Positions 20,566 to 31,709 are shown, numbered from the whole stretch's first letter. The stretch is DNA of 60,333 bases, filler included, from 9 parts of 9 records of this genome joined end to end with filler, not necessarily neighbours in it, one strand, 5' to 3'. The notes: generated by a model from the letters alone, not told the origin. Translations and numbers: made by a program.

Positions 20566-22641
20566 CTACCAGGCGTACCGGATCTCTGCCAGGGCATTGA
20601 TGCCCGGTGACTCGGTGTCCTCGATGCGCAGATAGGTTTCGTCCAGCAGATTCTGGATCTTTAGGCTGGCCCGGATGCCGGGCACCGGAAAATCCAGGTC
20701 TTTCCAGAATTTAAGGTCAACGGTCTCATACCCGCTGATTTCCTTGGTGTTCACATCATTGGTATACTGGTCCCCCACATGGTTGACCACCACCTTGAGG
20801 TTCACAACAGGGGTAAAAATAGTCACCCCGGCACTGAAGCTGTGCTCCGGGACATATTCCAGGGTCTTGCCCTCAAGTTCCGGCAGCCGGTCAAAGGACT
20901 GGATGGTGGAATGGTTAAAGGTATAGGCGCAGAATAAAGAAAGCCCGGCATTGATACGCCAGTCAAGCTCGGCCTCCAGGCCCAGGATCTCCACTTCCGT
21001 CAGATTGTCCATGCTGTAAACGGAGCGGTTCCGGCCCCAGAGGAAGCGTTTTTCTCCGGTGTCCAAACTATAGATAAAATCCTTACCCAGGGAATAGTAT
21101 CCGGACAGGGCCAGGGTGAGATCCTTGGAAATCCGTGTATCCGCACCGATTTCAAAATTGTCCAGGACCTCATTTTCAAGGTTGGGATTGGCATCATAGA
21201 ACCTGCCGTGGAAAATCCCGTTCCTGCATAGGGAATCCAGGATGGGCGCCCGAAATCCCCTGGCATAGGACCCGTAAATGCTGAACCGGTCTGAAAAGAG
21301 GTACCGGGCAGACAGCTTGGGGGAAAAGGCATCCCACCGGGAACTTTCCATATGGGCGGTAAGGCTGTCAAAGGGGAAAATATTGGAAGCATAGGCGCCG
21401 TCGCTGAACTTGGCCGTATCATACCTGAGGCCGGCCACCAGGACCAGGCGGTCATCCATGAGGTTCAATTCATTCTGCAGGTAGAGCCCGTACTGGTCCA
21501 GCTGCCCCTCATTCCCGGCATAGTTGTCGCTATTGTCGTAATCGTCCTTTGCCTCTACCCTGCTGATGCGCATGTCCGCCCCCGCCACGAGGATAGAAGC
21601 CTCTCCCAGGCGCCTGGACACGCTGGCCGTGCCGCCGTAATCGTCCCGGTCAGAATTCACCGTATAAAGGCTGGAAAGCCGGGGAAAATCCCGGTGCCAA
21701 TAATAGGCTTCCCGCTGAAAGAATCCATTGAACCGCCACTGCCATGTATCCGTGTCTCCCTTATAAGCCAGGTTCAACCCCTGGGTGTCGAAATCCCTGT
21801 GGCTCCCCTGGTCGATATGGTATTGGACCCCCTCCCCCCGCCGGTCATCATAAAAAAAATGGGAGAGCTCCAGGGTATGACCGGAACTGATCCGGTATCC
21901 CAGTTTGGTATTCAGGTTCACCTCCTCCACAAACCTGTCCCTGCGGGCGTCATAATCCCGGCTGGCCGGTGTCAGGGCGGTGTATCCGTCGCTGTCCAGG
22001 GCCGTAAGAGCGGCCTGGCCGTAGAAACCCCGGTCTGGGGCCTGCTCTCCTGCCATGCGGAATCCCCCTTTTTTGGTGGAAAAGCTGCCATAACCGGCCC
22101 AGGCCTCTCCGGAAAAACGTTTTTCCGGCCGTTTGGTGATAATATTGATCACACCGCCCATGGCATTGGACCCGTATATGGAGGAGCCGGGGCCCTTATG
22201 GACTTCGATGCGCCGGATATCGGCCTGATTGATCCGGTTCCACCGCATATTCCCCGTATCCCCCACAGAGGCCGGTACCCCGTCGATGAGGACCAGGGTC
22301 CGCCCTGGCCGGTTCCCGCCCAGCCCCCGCATGGAGACCTGGGGGGAAAGCTCGAAAATCCCGGCGGTCCGGGTGGAGGCCACCCCGGGGATCTGCTGGA
22401 GGAGTTCATCCACCCTTTCAAAGGGCATCTGACCTATCTGTTCTTCGGATATGATACGAATCCGGCCCGCCACCCGTTCCGCCTTGACGGGAAACCGGGT
22501 GGCGGTGACCACCATATCATTCAGGGCCACGGTTTCCTGGTCCGGGCCGGATTCAGCCATGGCCGGCCCCGCCATGGCAGCGTAAAAAACAAAAACTGCC
22601 AGTATCAATAATTTCAACCCCATTATCCTGGTATGGACCAT
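20566..22641 (-). CDS. TonB-dependent receptor
   Basis: Signal peptide, MVVTATR TonB box, RTLVLIDG, IEVHKGPGSSIYGSNAMGGVINIIT, terminal aromatic residue (RYAW). Confidence 0.95.
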   Translation of the reverse strand: MVHTRIMGLKLLILAVFVFYAAMAGPAMAESGPDQETVALNDMVVTATRFPVKAERVAGRIRIISEEQIGQMPFERVDELLQQIPGVASTRTAGIFELSPQVSMRGLGGNRPGRTLVLIDGVPASVGDTGNMRWNRINQADIRRIEVHKGPGSSIYGSNAMGGVINIITKRPEKRFSGEAWAGYGSFSTKKGGFRMAGEQAPDRGFYGQAALTALDSDGYTALTPASRDYDARRDRFVEEVNLNTKLGYRISSGHTLELSHFFYDDRRGEGVQYHIDQGSHRDFDTQGLNLAYKGDTDTWQWRFNGFFQREAYYWHRDFPRLSSLYTVNSDRDDYGGTASVSRRLGEASILVAGADMRISRVEAKDDYDNSDNYAGNEGQLDQYGLYLQNELNLMDDRLVLVAGLRYDTAKFSDGAYASNIFPFDSLTAHMESSRWDAFSPKLSARYLFSDRFSIYGSYARGFRAPILDSLCRNGIFHGRFYDANPNLENEVLDNFEIGADTRISKDLTLALSGYYSLGKDFIYSLDTGEKRFLWGRNRSVYSMDNLTEVEILGLEAELDWRINAGLSLFCAYTFNHSTIQSFDRLPELEGKTLEYVPEHSFSAGVTIFTPVVNLKVVVNHVGDQYTNDVNTKEISGYETVDLKFWKDLDFPVPGIRASLKIQNLLDETYLRIEDTESPGINALAEIRYAW

Positions 22642-22702
22642 CCGTTATCTCCTTATCTGAATGTCTCGGTTCAGCAATTGCGGACTCTGTTTATGGACGC
22701 CC

Positions 22703-23821
22703 CTATTCCTTGATCAGCCCCAGTTTTTTTAAAGGATCAACACCCGGCCGGGCCCAATCCTTGGGCGACACCCCTTTGGGAAGTTCAAAGGCTTTAATCT
22801 CCCGGACAAAGGTTTCCGGCCTGTCCAGGTGTCCCAGGAACCAGAGGTCGGACTGGAGTTTGTCCAGGACGATGTTGCCGTATTTGGGAAAATCCCTTTT
22901 CCCCCAGTCAAAGGCCAGGACCCGGCCTTCCCACAGGCCGGATTCCAGACGGCGGTATGCAATGGTGGCCGCGTCTTTGGCTGAGGAGACCCTTTTGGCC
23001 AGGTCCTCCTTTTTAGGATAGGATACAGCATAGCGCCGTTTGCCGGGGGTGGCGTTGAGCATCACCATCAATGCGTCTTCTTTGCACCAGGGAGAGACAG
23101 AATGGATAAAATAGCCCCCCCTGCCTGCTGGGAACCTGGCCTTGAGATAATTGGCCATGAAGATACCGGAACTCACCCCCGGGCAGAAATGGTCATGGAA
23201 GGCCATGGCCCGGACAGCAGACGGCGGAGCCCCTGCGACAACGGCATTGGTTATGGTGACGATTCTGAAAAGGTTGCCGCCGAAAAGGCCTGATTCCGCC
23301 TTTGATATAAACCGGTCCGGACTGGAAAAAATATCCCCTGCCTTGATACCAGCCGCCTCACAGGTGTTAAAAAGCCTGTCTCCCATATCCCCGGGTATTA
23401 AGGCCGTTTTCCCGTTCACTTCGATATAGGCGCAGATGCCGGAATCCTTTTCATAGACCGCAAACCAGAGCGGCTTATCAGGCGCCGACTGAACCTCCAC
23501 CAGAGTATTTTTGCCCCGGGTGGCCCCTGTGACCCCTGCCACCCCGTCAAGGGCCCCTAAGGTGGGGTGACCGCCCACCTCAGCATATCCCCCATTGGTC
23601 AGAACGATGAAATCCCCTTTTTCGGCTGATGCGCCGTTTTTTAGGATCAGATCCAATGCCGCTGTTCCGGCCCTTTTTCCATGGGATGCCCAGAGCTGGT
23701 ACCCCGTCTGTTTTCCCCCTTCAAGAGAGGCGCCAAAACCTGCTGTTGTTAAGGTGAGTACCCAGCACCCCACTGCCGCCGCAACCAGTTTCCCCAAGAT
23801 CCGTTTCTTTTCTATTGTCAA
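22703..23821 (-). CDS. Exported FmdE-family metal-binding protein
   Basis: FHDHFCPGVSSG and PWCKEDA motifs, NATPGK; N-terminal signal peptide; TTG start. Confidence 0.8.
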   Translation of the reverse strand: MTIEKKRILGKLVAAAVGCWVLTLTTAGFGASLEGGKQTGYQLWASHGKRAGTAALDLILKNGASAEKGDFIVLTNGGYAEVGGHPTLGALDGVAGVTGATRGKNTLVEVQSAPDKPLWFAVYEKDSGICAYIEVNGKTALIPGDMGDRLFNTCEAAGIKAGDIFSSPDRFISKAESGLFGGNLFRIVTITNAVVAGAPPSAVRAMAFHDHFCPGVSSGIFMANYLKARFPAGRGGYFIHSVSPWCKEDALMVMLNATPGKRRYAVSYPKKEDLAKRVSSAKDAATIAYRRLESGLWEGRVLAFDWGKRDFPKYGNIVLDKLQSDLWFLGHLDRPETFVREIKAFELPKGVSPKDWARPGVDPLKKLGLIKE

Positions 23822-23886
23822 TTTGATACTCCCGAATTATAAGGCCGTTGGCCCTGGTTAACATCCATAGATCCTGATCCCTGCCC

Positions 23887-23949
23887 AATAAAAAAGGCCA
23901 GGAAGATCTGAACGGAAACATTTTTCCATTCCGGCCTTCCTGGCCTTTT
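23887..23949 (-). terminator. Intrinsic terminator-like hairpin in the FmdE/TBDR leader
   Basis: 14-bp perfect stem AAAAGGCCAGGAAG/CTTCCTGGCCTTTT plus inner 9-bp stem, then TTTTTTATT. Confidence 0.7.
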
Positions 23950-23982
23950 AGTATTGTGTCTAATTAAATCAGGTAACGCTTC

Positions 23983-24002
23983 TATGCAATTTCGATTGCA
24001 TA
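23983..24002. promoter_or_regulatory. Palindromic operator candidate
   Basis: TATGCAAT-TTCG-ATTGCATA, downstream of a minus-strand TTGACA (24036-24041). Confidence 0.5.
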
Positions 24003-24368
24003 TTTCAATTGGTCATATGCCATGGCTGAACGGATTGTCAAGGCAAAAACAGATGACTGCTAATCTTGATATGGCCCGGAATGCAATTCAACCCCATTTT
24101 TCTGATCCTGAAAAAGTAAAGGATTGCCGGCAATAACGCTGAAGAGCCCTTTGAATCAAAGTATTTCGGAATTTTCACTGGTTTTCACTGGTTTTTTATT
24201 TGTGTTTTGGCGTATCCATTTATAGACTCAAAAACCGTGAAAAAATATCCATAAAATTTTTGTTTTTCAAACATCAAAGCCCCCTGGCTGAAACGACTGA
24301 AAAACCGTTTCCCGGATGTTTCACCAGGCGGCTGCTGAACAATATGAAAGGTCTACCAGGAGGGAACA

Positions 24369-27300
24369 ATGGATAAATCTGGCCGGGGTAATTCTGATCT
24401 GAATAGCGGCACTCCTTTTTCCAATGAAAAAGCCATAAATACCGAACTGATAATCGTGGACACTTCCGTGGCGGATTACAGGCATCTGCTCAAAGGCATC
24501 GGCAATGATACGGAGGTCATTGTGCTGGACCCGGAACGGGACGGAATGGTCCAGGTGGCCGAGGCCCTGGCGGGGCGAGATGGCATCCGGGCCCTTCACA
24601 TCCTCTCCCACGGCAGCACGGGCCGGCTGGAACTGGGGTCTGCATCCGTTGACCTTGCCGCCCTGGACCGGTACGAAGGCGAACTTGAAGCCATGAGCCG
24701 GGCCCTGGCCCCGGGAGGGGATATTCTGCTCTACGGATGTGATGTGGCAAAGGGCGCAGGGGGGCACGCCTTCATCTCGGCCCTGGGCCGGGCCACAGGT
24801 GCAGACGTGGCCGCAAGCGAAGACAAAACCGGACCGGACCGTCTGGGCGGGGACTGGATCCTGGAAAATCAGACCGGAGAAATCGAGGCCTCCATCCCCT
24901 TTTCCGACCGGGCCCTGTCCCAGTTTTCCCATACCCTGGCCGCCTTTACGGAAAGATTCGAGTGGACATCCTATTCAAATTGTGAAAGGCTCGCACATAC
25001 GAACAAGTCCGGTACTCCCACGTTCAAGGATTTTACCGCCGGCGGCACAAGTTTCCGAATCTCCACCACCCCGGACGGCGACGGGGTGGATATAAAATAT
25101 GGCAGAGGCGGAAGCCCGGTTAATGGATCAATAAAGTTCGATTCTGTTAAAACCGACACAAACACAATAGAGCGGTTCACCATCACCCGGGCCGATGGCA
25201 AGGACTGGACACTCTCCACCCTGGATTATACATGTTCTATCAGCAACAAAAATGTAAAAGTTGAGGCCTTTATAGACGGAAACAGGGTCCAATCCAACTG
25301 GCTGGGGGTGGAATCAGACCCTGAATTTCCGCAACAAGGCCGTGGATACCCTTATTTTTTCCGGGAAGAATTTCGACTTTTTTGAAATCGATAATCTTGT
25401 GGGGGACTCAACCCTTCTGCCCCCCACACAGCTCCGCAGCAGCCATGGCGGTGTTCTGGAGGGCGGCATTGACACCATCAGCAGCTGGGAGCTGTCTTAC
25501 AAAGACCAGCTCTCGCCCGATCACAGAATCATCTACACCCTTAACTGGATGACAGGCAATGGCCGCCTCTTTTTGGATAAAAACAACAACAATACCCCTG
25601 AAGCCTTGGAGTATCTGTATAACGGCTACCGGGTCAGCCAGCAGGACATCAACGACGGCAAATTAAAATACGAACACAGCGGCGGGGAAAATACCTCGGA
25701 CAGTTTTGAGTTCTCCGTCACCAATGAGCGCGGCCTTTCCACCACAGGGCAGCGGTTCGACCTGACCATCGTTCCTGTCAACGACGCCCCCATCCTCACT
25801 GCAACGCAAACCAACCCGGAATTCATGGAAGCCGGGCCTGTTACCCTGTTCACCACGGCACGGGTCGGCATGTGGGAGGCCGGCCAAAACATCACCGGGC
25901 TCACCCTCACCGTCGCCAATGTGACCGATCCCACCGAGGGCCTTGCCATGGACGGCAGCTTCATCCCCCTCACAGACGGGGCCACAGGCACCACAGGTTC
26001 CCATGGCCTCAATTATACCGTGTCCCTTGCCGGGGGCACGGCCACGGTCACCCTGGCCGGCACCCTGAGCCCTACAGAGACACAGACCCTCATCAATACC
26101 ATGGGCTACGACAACACCAGCCAGGACCCAAGTACGGGAAGCCCCCGGGTGGTCACCCTGACCAGTCTTAAGGACTCAGGCGGCACTGCCAACGGAGGAA
26201 AGGATACCGTCATCACATCCATCGCTTCCACGGTGACCCTGAAAAGCATCAATGACGCCCCCACCCTCAGCGCCACCGGCCTGGACCCCGCATTTCGGGA
26301 AGGGGGCGGGGCGGTACAGCTTTTCAGCGGAACCTCGGTGGATACCATAGAGACGGGCCAAAAGATCTCCAGGCTGGTCATCACCCTCACCCATGTGGCC
26401 GGGGACGGCAGCCTGGAGTTCCTTTCCATGGACGGCACCGAGGTTTCCCTGGCCGGCGGGTCCGGCACCACCGCGGCCGGCGGGTTCGACTACACTGTGA
26501 ATCTTTCTTCCGGCACCGCATCTGTGGAAATTACCAAAACAGATACCGCTGCCGCCTACGCCGCCTTGGTGGACAGCCTGGCCTACAGGCACACCGGCAC
26601 AGGCCTGGACAATAATCCACGGAAAGCCGAGATCACCCTGGTCCAGGATACAGGGGGCACGGCCGACGGGGGCATTGACACCAATACGGCCCTCGCCGTC
26701 AGTTCCACTGTGAATGTCCATCCCTCCCCGGTCATCACAGTCGGCCAGTACGACTGGCAGGCCGGCACACTCGTCCTCACCGGCACCGACTTTGTTTCCA
26801 GCCCCGGGGCCGGCAATGATATCGACGCCTCAGGTTTGACCATTACCGGTGCCAAGGGGTTCCAATACACCCTCTCCGACACCCCGGATGGGGAGATCAC
26901 CGGCCCGACCTTGGCCGTCCTCACCCTCGGCCCCTCAGACAGGCTTGAGGTCCAAAGCCTGCTCAACAAGGACGGGGCCCATGCCGGCAGCGGCACCGCC
27001 TACAACCTTTCAGCGGCCGAGGACTGGATGACCGGCTCCCCCGCTCCGGCAGAAATTGCCGATCCTGCCACGGCCGTCACCGTCACCAACCATATTCTCC
27101 CGGCCATTACCGATGCCGTCTACGTTTCTGACACCGGGGTGCTTGCCGTCACCGGGTCCCATTTTGTCAAAAATCCGGGCGCAGGAAAGGATATCGACAT
27201 ATCGGCCCTGACCCTTACCGGCGGTGTCGGCAATCAGGTCTATACCATCACAAGCACCGCCGATGTGGATATTTTGAGCCCCACCGAATTCAGCCTCACC

Positions 27301-27497
27301 CTGACAGGCACGGATAAAACCGATGTAGATAAGCTGCTCGACCAACTGGGAACCTCCTCCTCAGGCGGCAGCACCTACAACTTATCCGCCGGGGACAATT
27401 GGATGACCGGTGCGGATGCCGCGGCAGATATCAGCGAGGCAACCAATGGTGTCAGGGTCGTTATCAATCCCAAGATCACCTCGGCCGCCTATGACGC
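24369..27497 (+). CDS. Giant repetitive surface protein with N-terminal DUF4347, frameshift ~25305, 3' truncated
   Basis: LHILSHG...ILLYGCDVA...LGGDWILE (DUF4347); SQQDINDGKLKYEHSGGE..DSFEF (CSPG/cadherin-like); NDAP repeats. Confidence 0.85.
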
Positions 27498-27597
27498 NNN
27501 NNNNNNNNNNNNNNNNNNNNNNNNNNNNNNNNNNNNNNNNNTTAATTAATTAANNNNNNNNNNNNNNNNNNNNNNNNNNNNNNNNNNNNNNNNNNNN
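27498..27597. other. Artificial contig linker
   Basis: N-run, TTAATTAATTAA, N-run. Confidence 0.99.
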
Positions 27598-27786
27598 ATG
27601 GCCGTTGGCATAGGGAGGGCCGTCGTGGAGGATGAAGGCGGGATTGTCCTTGGACTGCTCCCGAAGCTTCTCATAAATTTTTTTCTCCTCCCAGGCCTTG
27701 AGCATCTCAGGTTCCCGCTGGGGCAGGTTGGCCTTCATGGCAAACTTGGTTGCCGGCAAATTCAGCGTTTTCTTATAATCCATCAT
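27598..27786 (-). CDS. ileS: Isoleucine-tRNA ligase, N-terminus
   Basis: [20 protein letters not shown]...[11 protein letters not shown]. Confidence 0.95.
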
Positions 27787-27896
27787 TCCTCCGGTTTAGG
27801 GAAATTGTGTTCAGTATTAAACTCTCCTTTGTAGAGGCAACCAGAGAAAAAGTCAAGAAATATGCTGTATTTCAAGGGTTACAAGTCAACACCCTG

Positions 27897-30800
27897 TCAT
27901 TTGAAATTCCTTGGGTCTGCGGTTTTAAGCCGCTGATAATAATAGGCCGACCCCAGCAAGACAACGCCGATAATGATAAAGGCGATCATTTTCTGGGCCA
28001 GGGAAAAGGCATTCATATCCAAAAAGATGATTTTAGCTGCAGCAATCAGATACAGACCAAGGGCGAAGGAGGCAAGACCGGCAAACCGCTTTTTCAAGGT
28101 CAGAAACAAAATAAGGGTGGCATGAAGCACCAATACCACGGACAGGGCCGGTCCGAATCCGGAACTGAACCACCGGCTCAACCCGCCAAGATAGGTCAGA
28201 CCGGTGAGAATGTGGAATATTCTGAACTGCCCAAGCTCTCCCCGGCACTGTTTCCGGATGGTTTTTAAATGGGGCAGGGTCAGGTGAACCAGAATCCCGT
28301 AGACACCAAGACAAATGATTCCCAATCCCCCGTAAAAGGAGAACAAATCCACCATCCCCACCGGGTCTGGCCCTGAATTGAAAACCGGCAGGCCGGCTGA
28401 GATCATCACGGCCGCAGACCCGGCGGCAATGGCATAGGGTCTTGAGCCGGATTGTTTCAAAGGAACCAGCCTGGACTGGTTGAAACAAAGTATTCCAAAA
28501 TAGACCGTCCACAGGGTCAGGGCCAAGGCGGCTGATCCAAAACTGCCGTAGACCAAGACAAAGATAAATACCCCCAGATAGTAAAAGGCCTGGGTAAAAA
28601 ATGGGATAAGTGTTTCCCGCATGGCTGCAAAATGCTTTGAACCAGCCGGATTTTCCCTTAGGCCCTGCCAGTAAAAGAGAACCAAGGAATAAAAGGCAAG
28701 GCCTGCGGTCAAAGCCATGAATCCATGCCCCTGCCACCCGAAGAACTGTACCAGGACGCAGGCTGTTATGGATGCCAGCCCTGCCGCCCCAACCAGCAGC
28801 CTCAGCTCCAGGGCATGGGTTTTACCCCGCAGCAAAAGCCCCAGACAAATGGCGCAGGACAGCCAGAGGCTAACCGGAAAATAATGAATATGATGGTGCC
28901 ATACCGCAGGAAGGAAAAATACCGGAATGATGGCAAAAAATACCTGCCCCAGCCCCTTTGAAATCTTATGAAACACGCTTTTAGGATAGTACCTGCGGTA
29001 GACTTCGGCAATAAGATACAGACTGAAGAAGGCTTCAATCCGGGCAACCTTGCCAATGATTGATTGGTCACTGAAATACAGGCTGTCCACCATCAGGGCA
29101 CTGGTGAACACCGGAACGACCGGCAGCAGCAGGTGGAGCAACCCCAACCCTTCTGTCACGGGCAGGTGCCCTGCCCTGGCCCGGAAAATATGAAAAAGCA
29201 TGGGGAAAATACCCAAGAGCCAGACACCCTCACCCCAGATGAGACCGACCCCGGATAAAAAGGCCAGGGAAATAAAACCGGACAAAAGCTCATTGTTTCC
29301 GTAAAGCCAGGTGGTTTCAGCTTTGGTAAGCAGATGTTTCCAATGGGTCATGGTATACACAAAGGCCCCCAGCAGAACCGTGGCGACCACAAGGTTCATC
29401 CAGCCGTATCCAAGGTGAAACTCAATCAATTGAGGCATCGGCACAAGAGAGTCCATGAGCCAAACCCATGACTGCCAGATACAGGATAAAAGGGAAATCA
29501 CCAGGATCACAAATGATTCGACCCGGACCTGGAACAGGTCATATTTAGCGCCCATATAAAGCAGGACCAGGGCCTCCACTCCCCAGACCAGCCCCAGATA
29601 ACCGGGACCGGTGACAGAGAGGATGCCGAATCCGGCTAAAACCCCCATGCAAAGCAGGACCATCACCTGGAAAAGACCCAGGCTCTGTCCTGATCCTTTA
29701 ACCTTTTTTACAATGGCAGGCAGGCAAAAAAACAGGGCGGCCAGCAGCCCTGAGTTCAAAAAGTACAGCCCCCCCAGCACCCGGCTATGGTGAACCATCT
29801 GTTCCAGGGCAAAGAGAAAATAAAACAGATTTGCGCAGGACAGAGCCGCCACCGGCCGGGTCAGGCCACAGGTTTTGACAATCTCCCATCCGTAATACAG
29901 GCCAAAGGCGTAGAAAAAAAGATGGACAAGACCGACCAGCCCCGGCGACATCCCCGGGGCTGTCCAGGTAAAAATAACAAATTCAATGACCAGAAAACTA
30001 ACCACCATGGCCATATGGGCCAAGACAGGCCAGTTGATCCGCCGGGAAAGAAACAGGGTGGAGAGGACAAGAATCCAGACATAGGCCAGATAAACCAGGG
30101 GGGCCTGGGCAGCCCCGGCCATGAAAACCGGGGCCAATGCCCCGCCCAAAAGGCTGATCACCCCCACCACCCGGGTCTGGAACACAAGGGCCAGATAATA
30201 GGCAATTGCGGTGAGACAGGCCAGGAGAACAAAGGTGCCGCCATGGGACAGCAAATCATAGTGGGGCCCGGTAAAATAGGCGCATAGATAGGCGATGATC
30301 ATTCCGAGTCCGATGAGGCTTGAGCCAAAGTCAGCCATCCCGGGTCGCTTGCGGTACACCGCCATGCCGCAGCAACCAATGCCCGCAGAGACCCCAAACC
30401 CGAATATGACTTTGCCCACAGGCCCTAAATATTGAGAAAAGGAATACTGGAACAGGTAGCCAAACCCCATAATCAGGGTCAGAATTCCTGCGATGGTCAT
30501 CAAAAAGACCGGGGCTTTTCCCTGGGACCGGTAATGGCTGTATACGGCAAAAAGCTTTTCAAAGACAGTAGCGGCCGGACCAAAGATCGGAAGGATATTT
30601 TCTAAAAAGACAGCCCCCATGGTCTTAAGGGTTTCTTTTTTCGGGGCAGCGGCTTTATTGGTCGCCGGAGCCCATACCGGGGGCTGTTTCCGGTCCTGTT
30701 TCCGACCTTGTTCCCGATCCCAATCCTGGTCCTGGTCCTTAGGCGCCTTGAATACCGGGGCTTGTGCCGGGGGAGCCGCGGGTTGTTCAAAAGAGGGTTC

Positions 30801-30959
30801 AGCCCCTTTCAGCCCGGGCAGTTGATCCTCAAGACGATGAATCCGGGCCTGAATCGTATCCATTTGCTGTGACAGATCCGTTTTGATCTGATCCAGCGTC
30901 TCCTGCAAGCCATGGATTTCCTGGGCAATGCGTTTTGCGTCCTGATCCTTGGAATGCAT
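27897..30959 (-). CDS. DUF2339-type large membrane protein
   Basis: N-terminal coiled coil and Pro-rich linker, more than 20 TM segments, C-terminal KIIFLDM...KMIAFIIIGVVLLGSAYYYQR. Confidence 0.8.
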   Translation of the reverse strand: MHSKDQDAKRIAQEIHGLQETLDQIKTDLSQQMDTIQARIHRLEDQLPGLKGAEPSFEQPAAPPAQAPVFKAPKDQDQDWDREQGRKQDRKQPPVWAPATNKAAAPKKETLKTMGAVFLENILPIFGPAATVFEKLFAVYSHYRSQGKAPVFLMTIAGILTLIMGFGYLFQYSFSQYLGPVGKVIFGFGVSAGIGCCGMAVYRKRPGMADFGSSLIGLGMIIAYLCAYFTGPHYDLLSHGGTFVLLACLTAIAYYLALVFQTRVVGVISLLGGALAPVFMAGAAQAPLVYLAYVWILVLSTLFLSRRINWPVLAHMAMVVSFLVIEFVIFTWTAPGMSPGLVGLVHLFFYAFGLYYGWEIVKTCGLTRPVAALSCANLFYFLFALEQMVHHSRVLGGLYFLNSGLLAALFFCLPAIVKKVKGSGQSLGLFQVMVLLCMGVLAGFGILSVTGPGYLGLVWGVEALVLLYMGAKYDLFQVRVESFVILVISLLSCIWQSWVWLMDSLVPMPQLIEFHLGYGWMNLVVATVLLGAFVYTMTHWKHLLTKAETTWLYGNNELLSGFISLAFLSGVGLIWGEGVWLLGIFPMLFHIFRARAGHLPVTEGLGLLHLLLPVVPVFTSALMVDSLYFSDQSIIGKVARIEAFFSLYLIAEVYRRYYPKSVFHKISKGLGQVFFAIIPVFFLPAVWHHHIHYFPVSLWLSCAICLGLLLRGKTHALELRLLVGAAGLASITACVLVQFFGWQGHGFMALTAGLAFYSLVLFYWQGLRENPAGSKHFAAMRETLIPFFTQAFYYLGVFIFVLVYGSFGSAALALTLWTVYFGILCFNQSRLVPLKQSGSRPYAIAAGSAAVMISAGLPVFNSGPDPVGMVDLFSFYGGLGIICLGVYGILVHLTLPHLKTIRKQCRGELGQFRIFHILTGLTYLGGLSRWFSSGFGPALSVVLVLHATLILFLTLKKRFAGLASFALGLYLIAAAKIIFLDMNAFSLAQKMIAFIIIGVVLLGSAYYYQRLKTADPRNFK

Positions 30960-30986
30960 CTTATCCCTTTTCTCGTCTAAATTTTG

Positions 30987-31666
30987 TTATCGATTCCCCT
31001 GCAATTCATTTTTCGGGGAAAGTCGGATCAAATATCGCCGGGCCTTTTCAAAGGGCAATTCGTATTCATCCGTGCAGATATGAAAGCGTGACACAAGTTC
31101 CGGGGTAATTTCGTCTTTCCCGCCCTCCCCTTTCAAGGCCCAGATCGCCCCTTGGGGACGGAGCATGGGCAGGGCCAGATCCACAAAGGCGTCCAGCCGG
31201 GTAAAGCCCCTGGCCATGACCACATCAAAGGTGCCGGCAATGCCGGGTTCCCCGGCCAGGTCCTCGACTCTTGCATGGGTGGCCCGGATCTCTTTCAGCC
31301 CCAGGGTGCGAATGACATGGCTGAGAAAGGAGACCTTTTTTCGTACCGCATCCACAAGGGTGAAATCAACCTCAGGATGCATGATCTTCACGGGGATGCC
31401 GGGAAATCCCCCCCGGCTCCCATGTCCATGATCCGTTTTTCCTGGGAGACAAACCCGGAGATGGTCAGCGCATCGATAAAATGCTTTTCCGCCACAGCCT
31501 GGGGGTCACGAATGGCCGTGAGACTCATCTTCCGATTCCATGACAAAAGTTCCCGGGCATGGAGAGTCAGCAGTCGCGTCTGCTCAGGGGTCAGGCCCAT
31601 CCCCAGCTCTCGGGCCCCGTCCCTTAGACGGGATTCAAATTGTTTTAGATCAGATTCTGCTGCCAT
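30987..31666 (-). CDS. rsmG: 16S rRNA m7G527 methyltransferase, frameshift at G7 run 31408-31414
   Basis: WNRKMSLTAI, KHFIDAL, DMGAGG(G)FPGIP, LVDAVRKKVSFL, FDVVMARG. Confidence 0.9.
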
Positions 31667-31673
31667 TGTCCCT

Positions 31674-31709
31674 CCTGTTTTAATTGCCAAGCCTGTTTTA
31701 ATTGCCAAG
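31674..31709. repeat. 18-bp perfect tandem duplication at the nupC-rsmG junction
   Basis: CCTGTTTTAATTGCCAAG twice. Confidence 0.9.

Noticed and set aside
21352-22611. 419-aa plus-strand ORF (also 31152-32579, 41332-42750, 42904-44085, 45261-46220, 52568-53314)
   Set aside because: Antisense shadows of clear genes, mostly in GC-rich DNA, with no recognisable motifs.
23822-24140. Cobalamin riboswitch upstream of FmdE/TBDR
   Set aside because: No B12-box or GGGAA/GCCACUG core is visible.
24172-24195. TTTTCACTGG tandem repeat
   Set aside because: Only two short copies; not a CRISPR array or iteron set.
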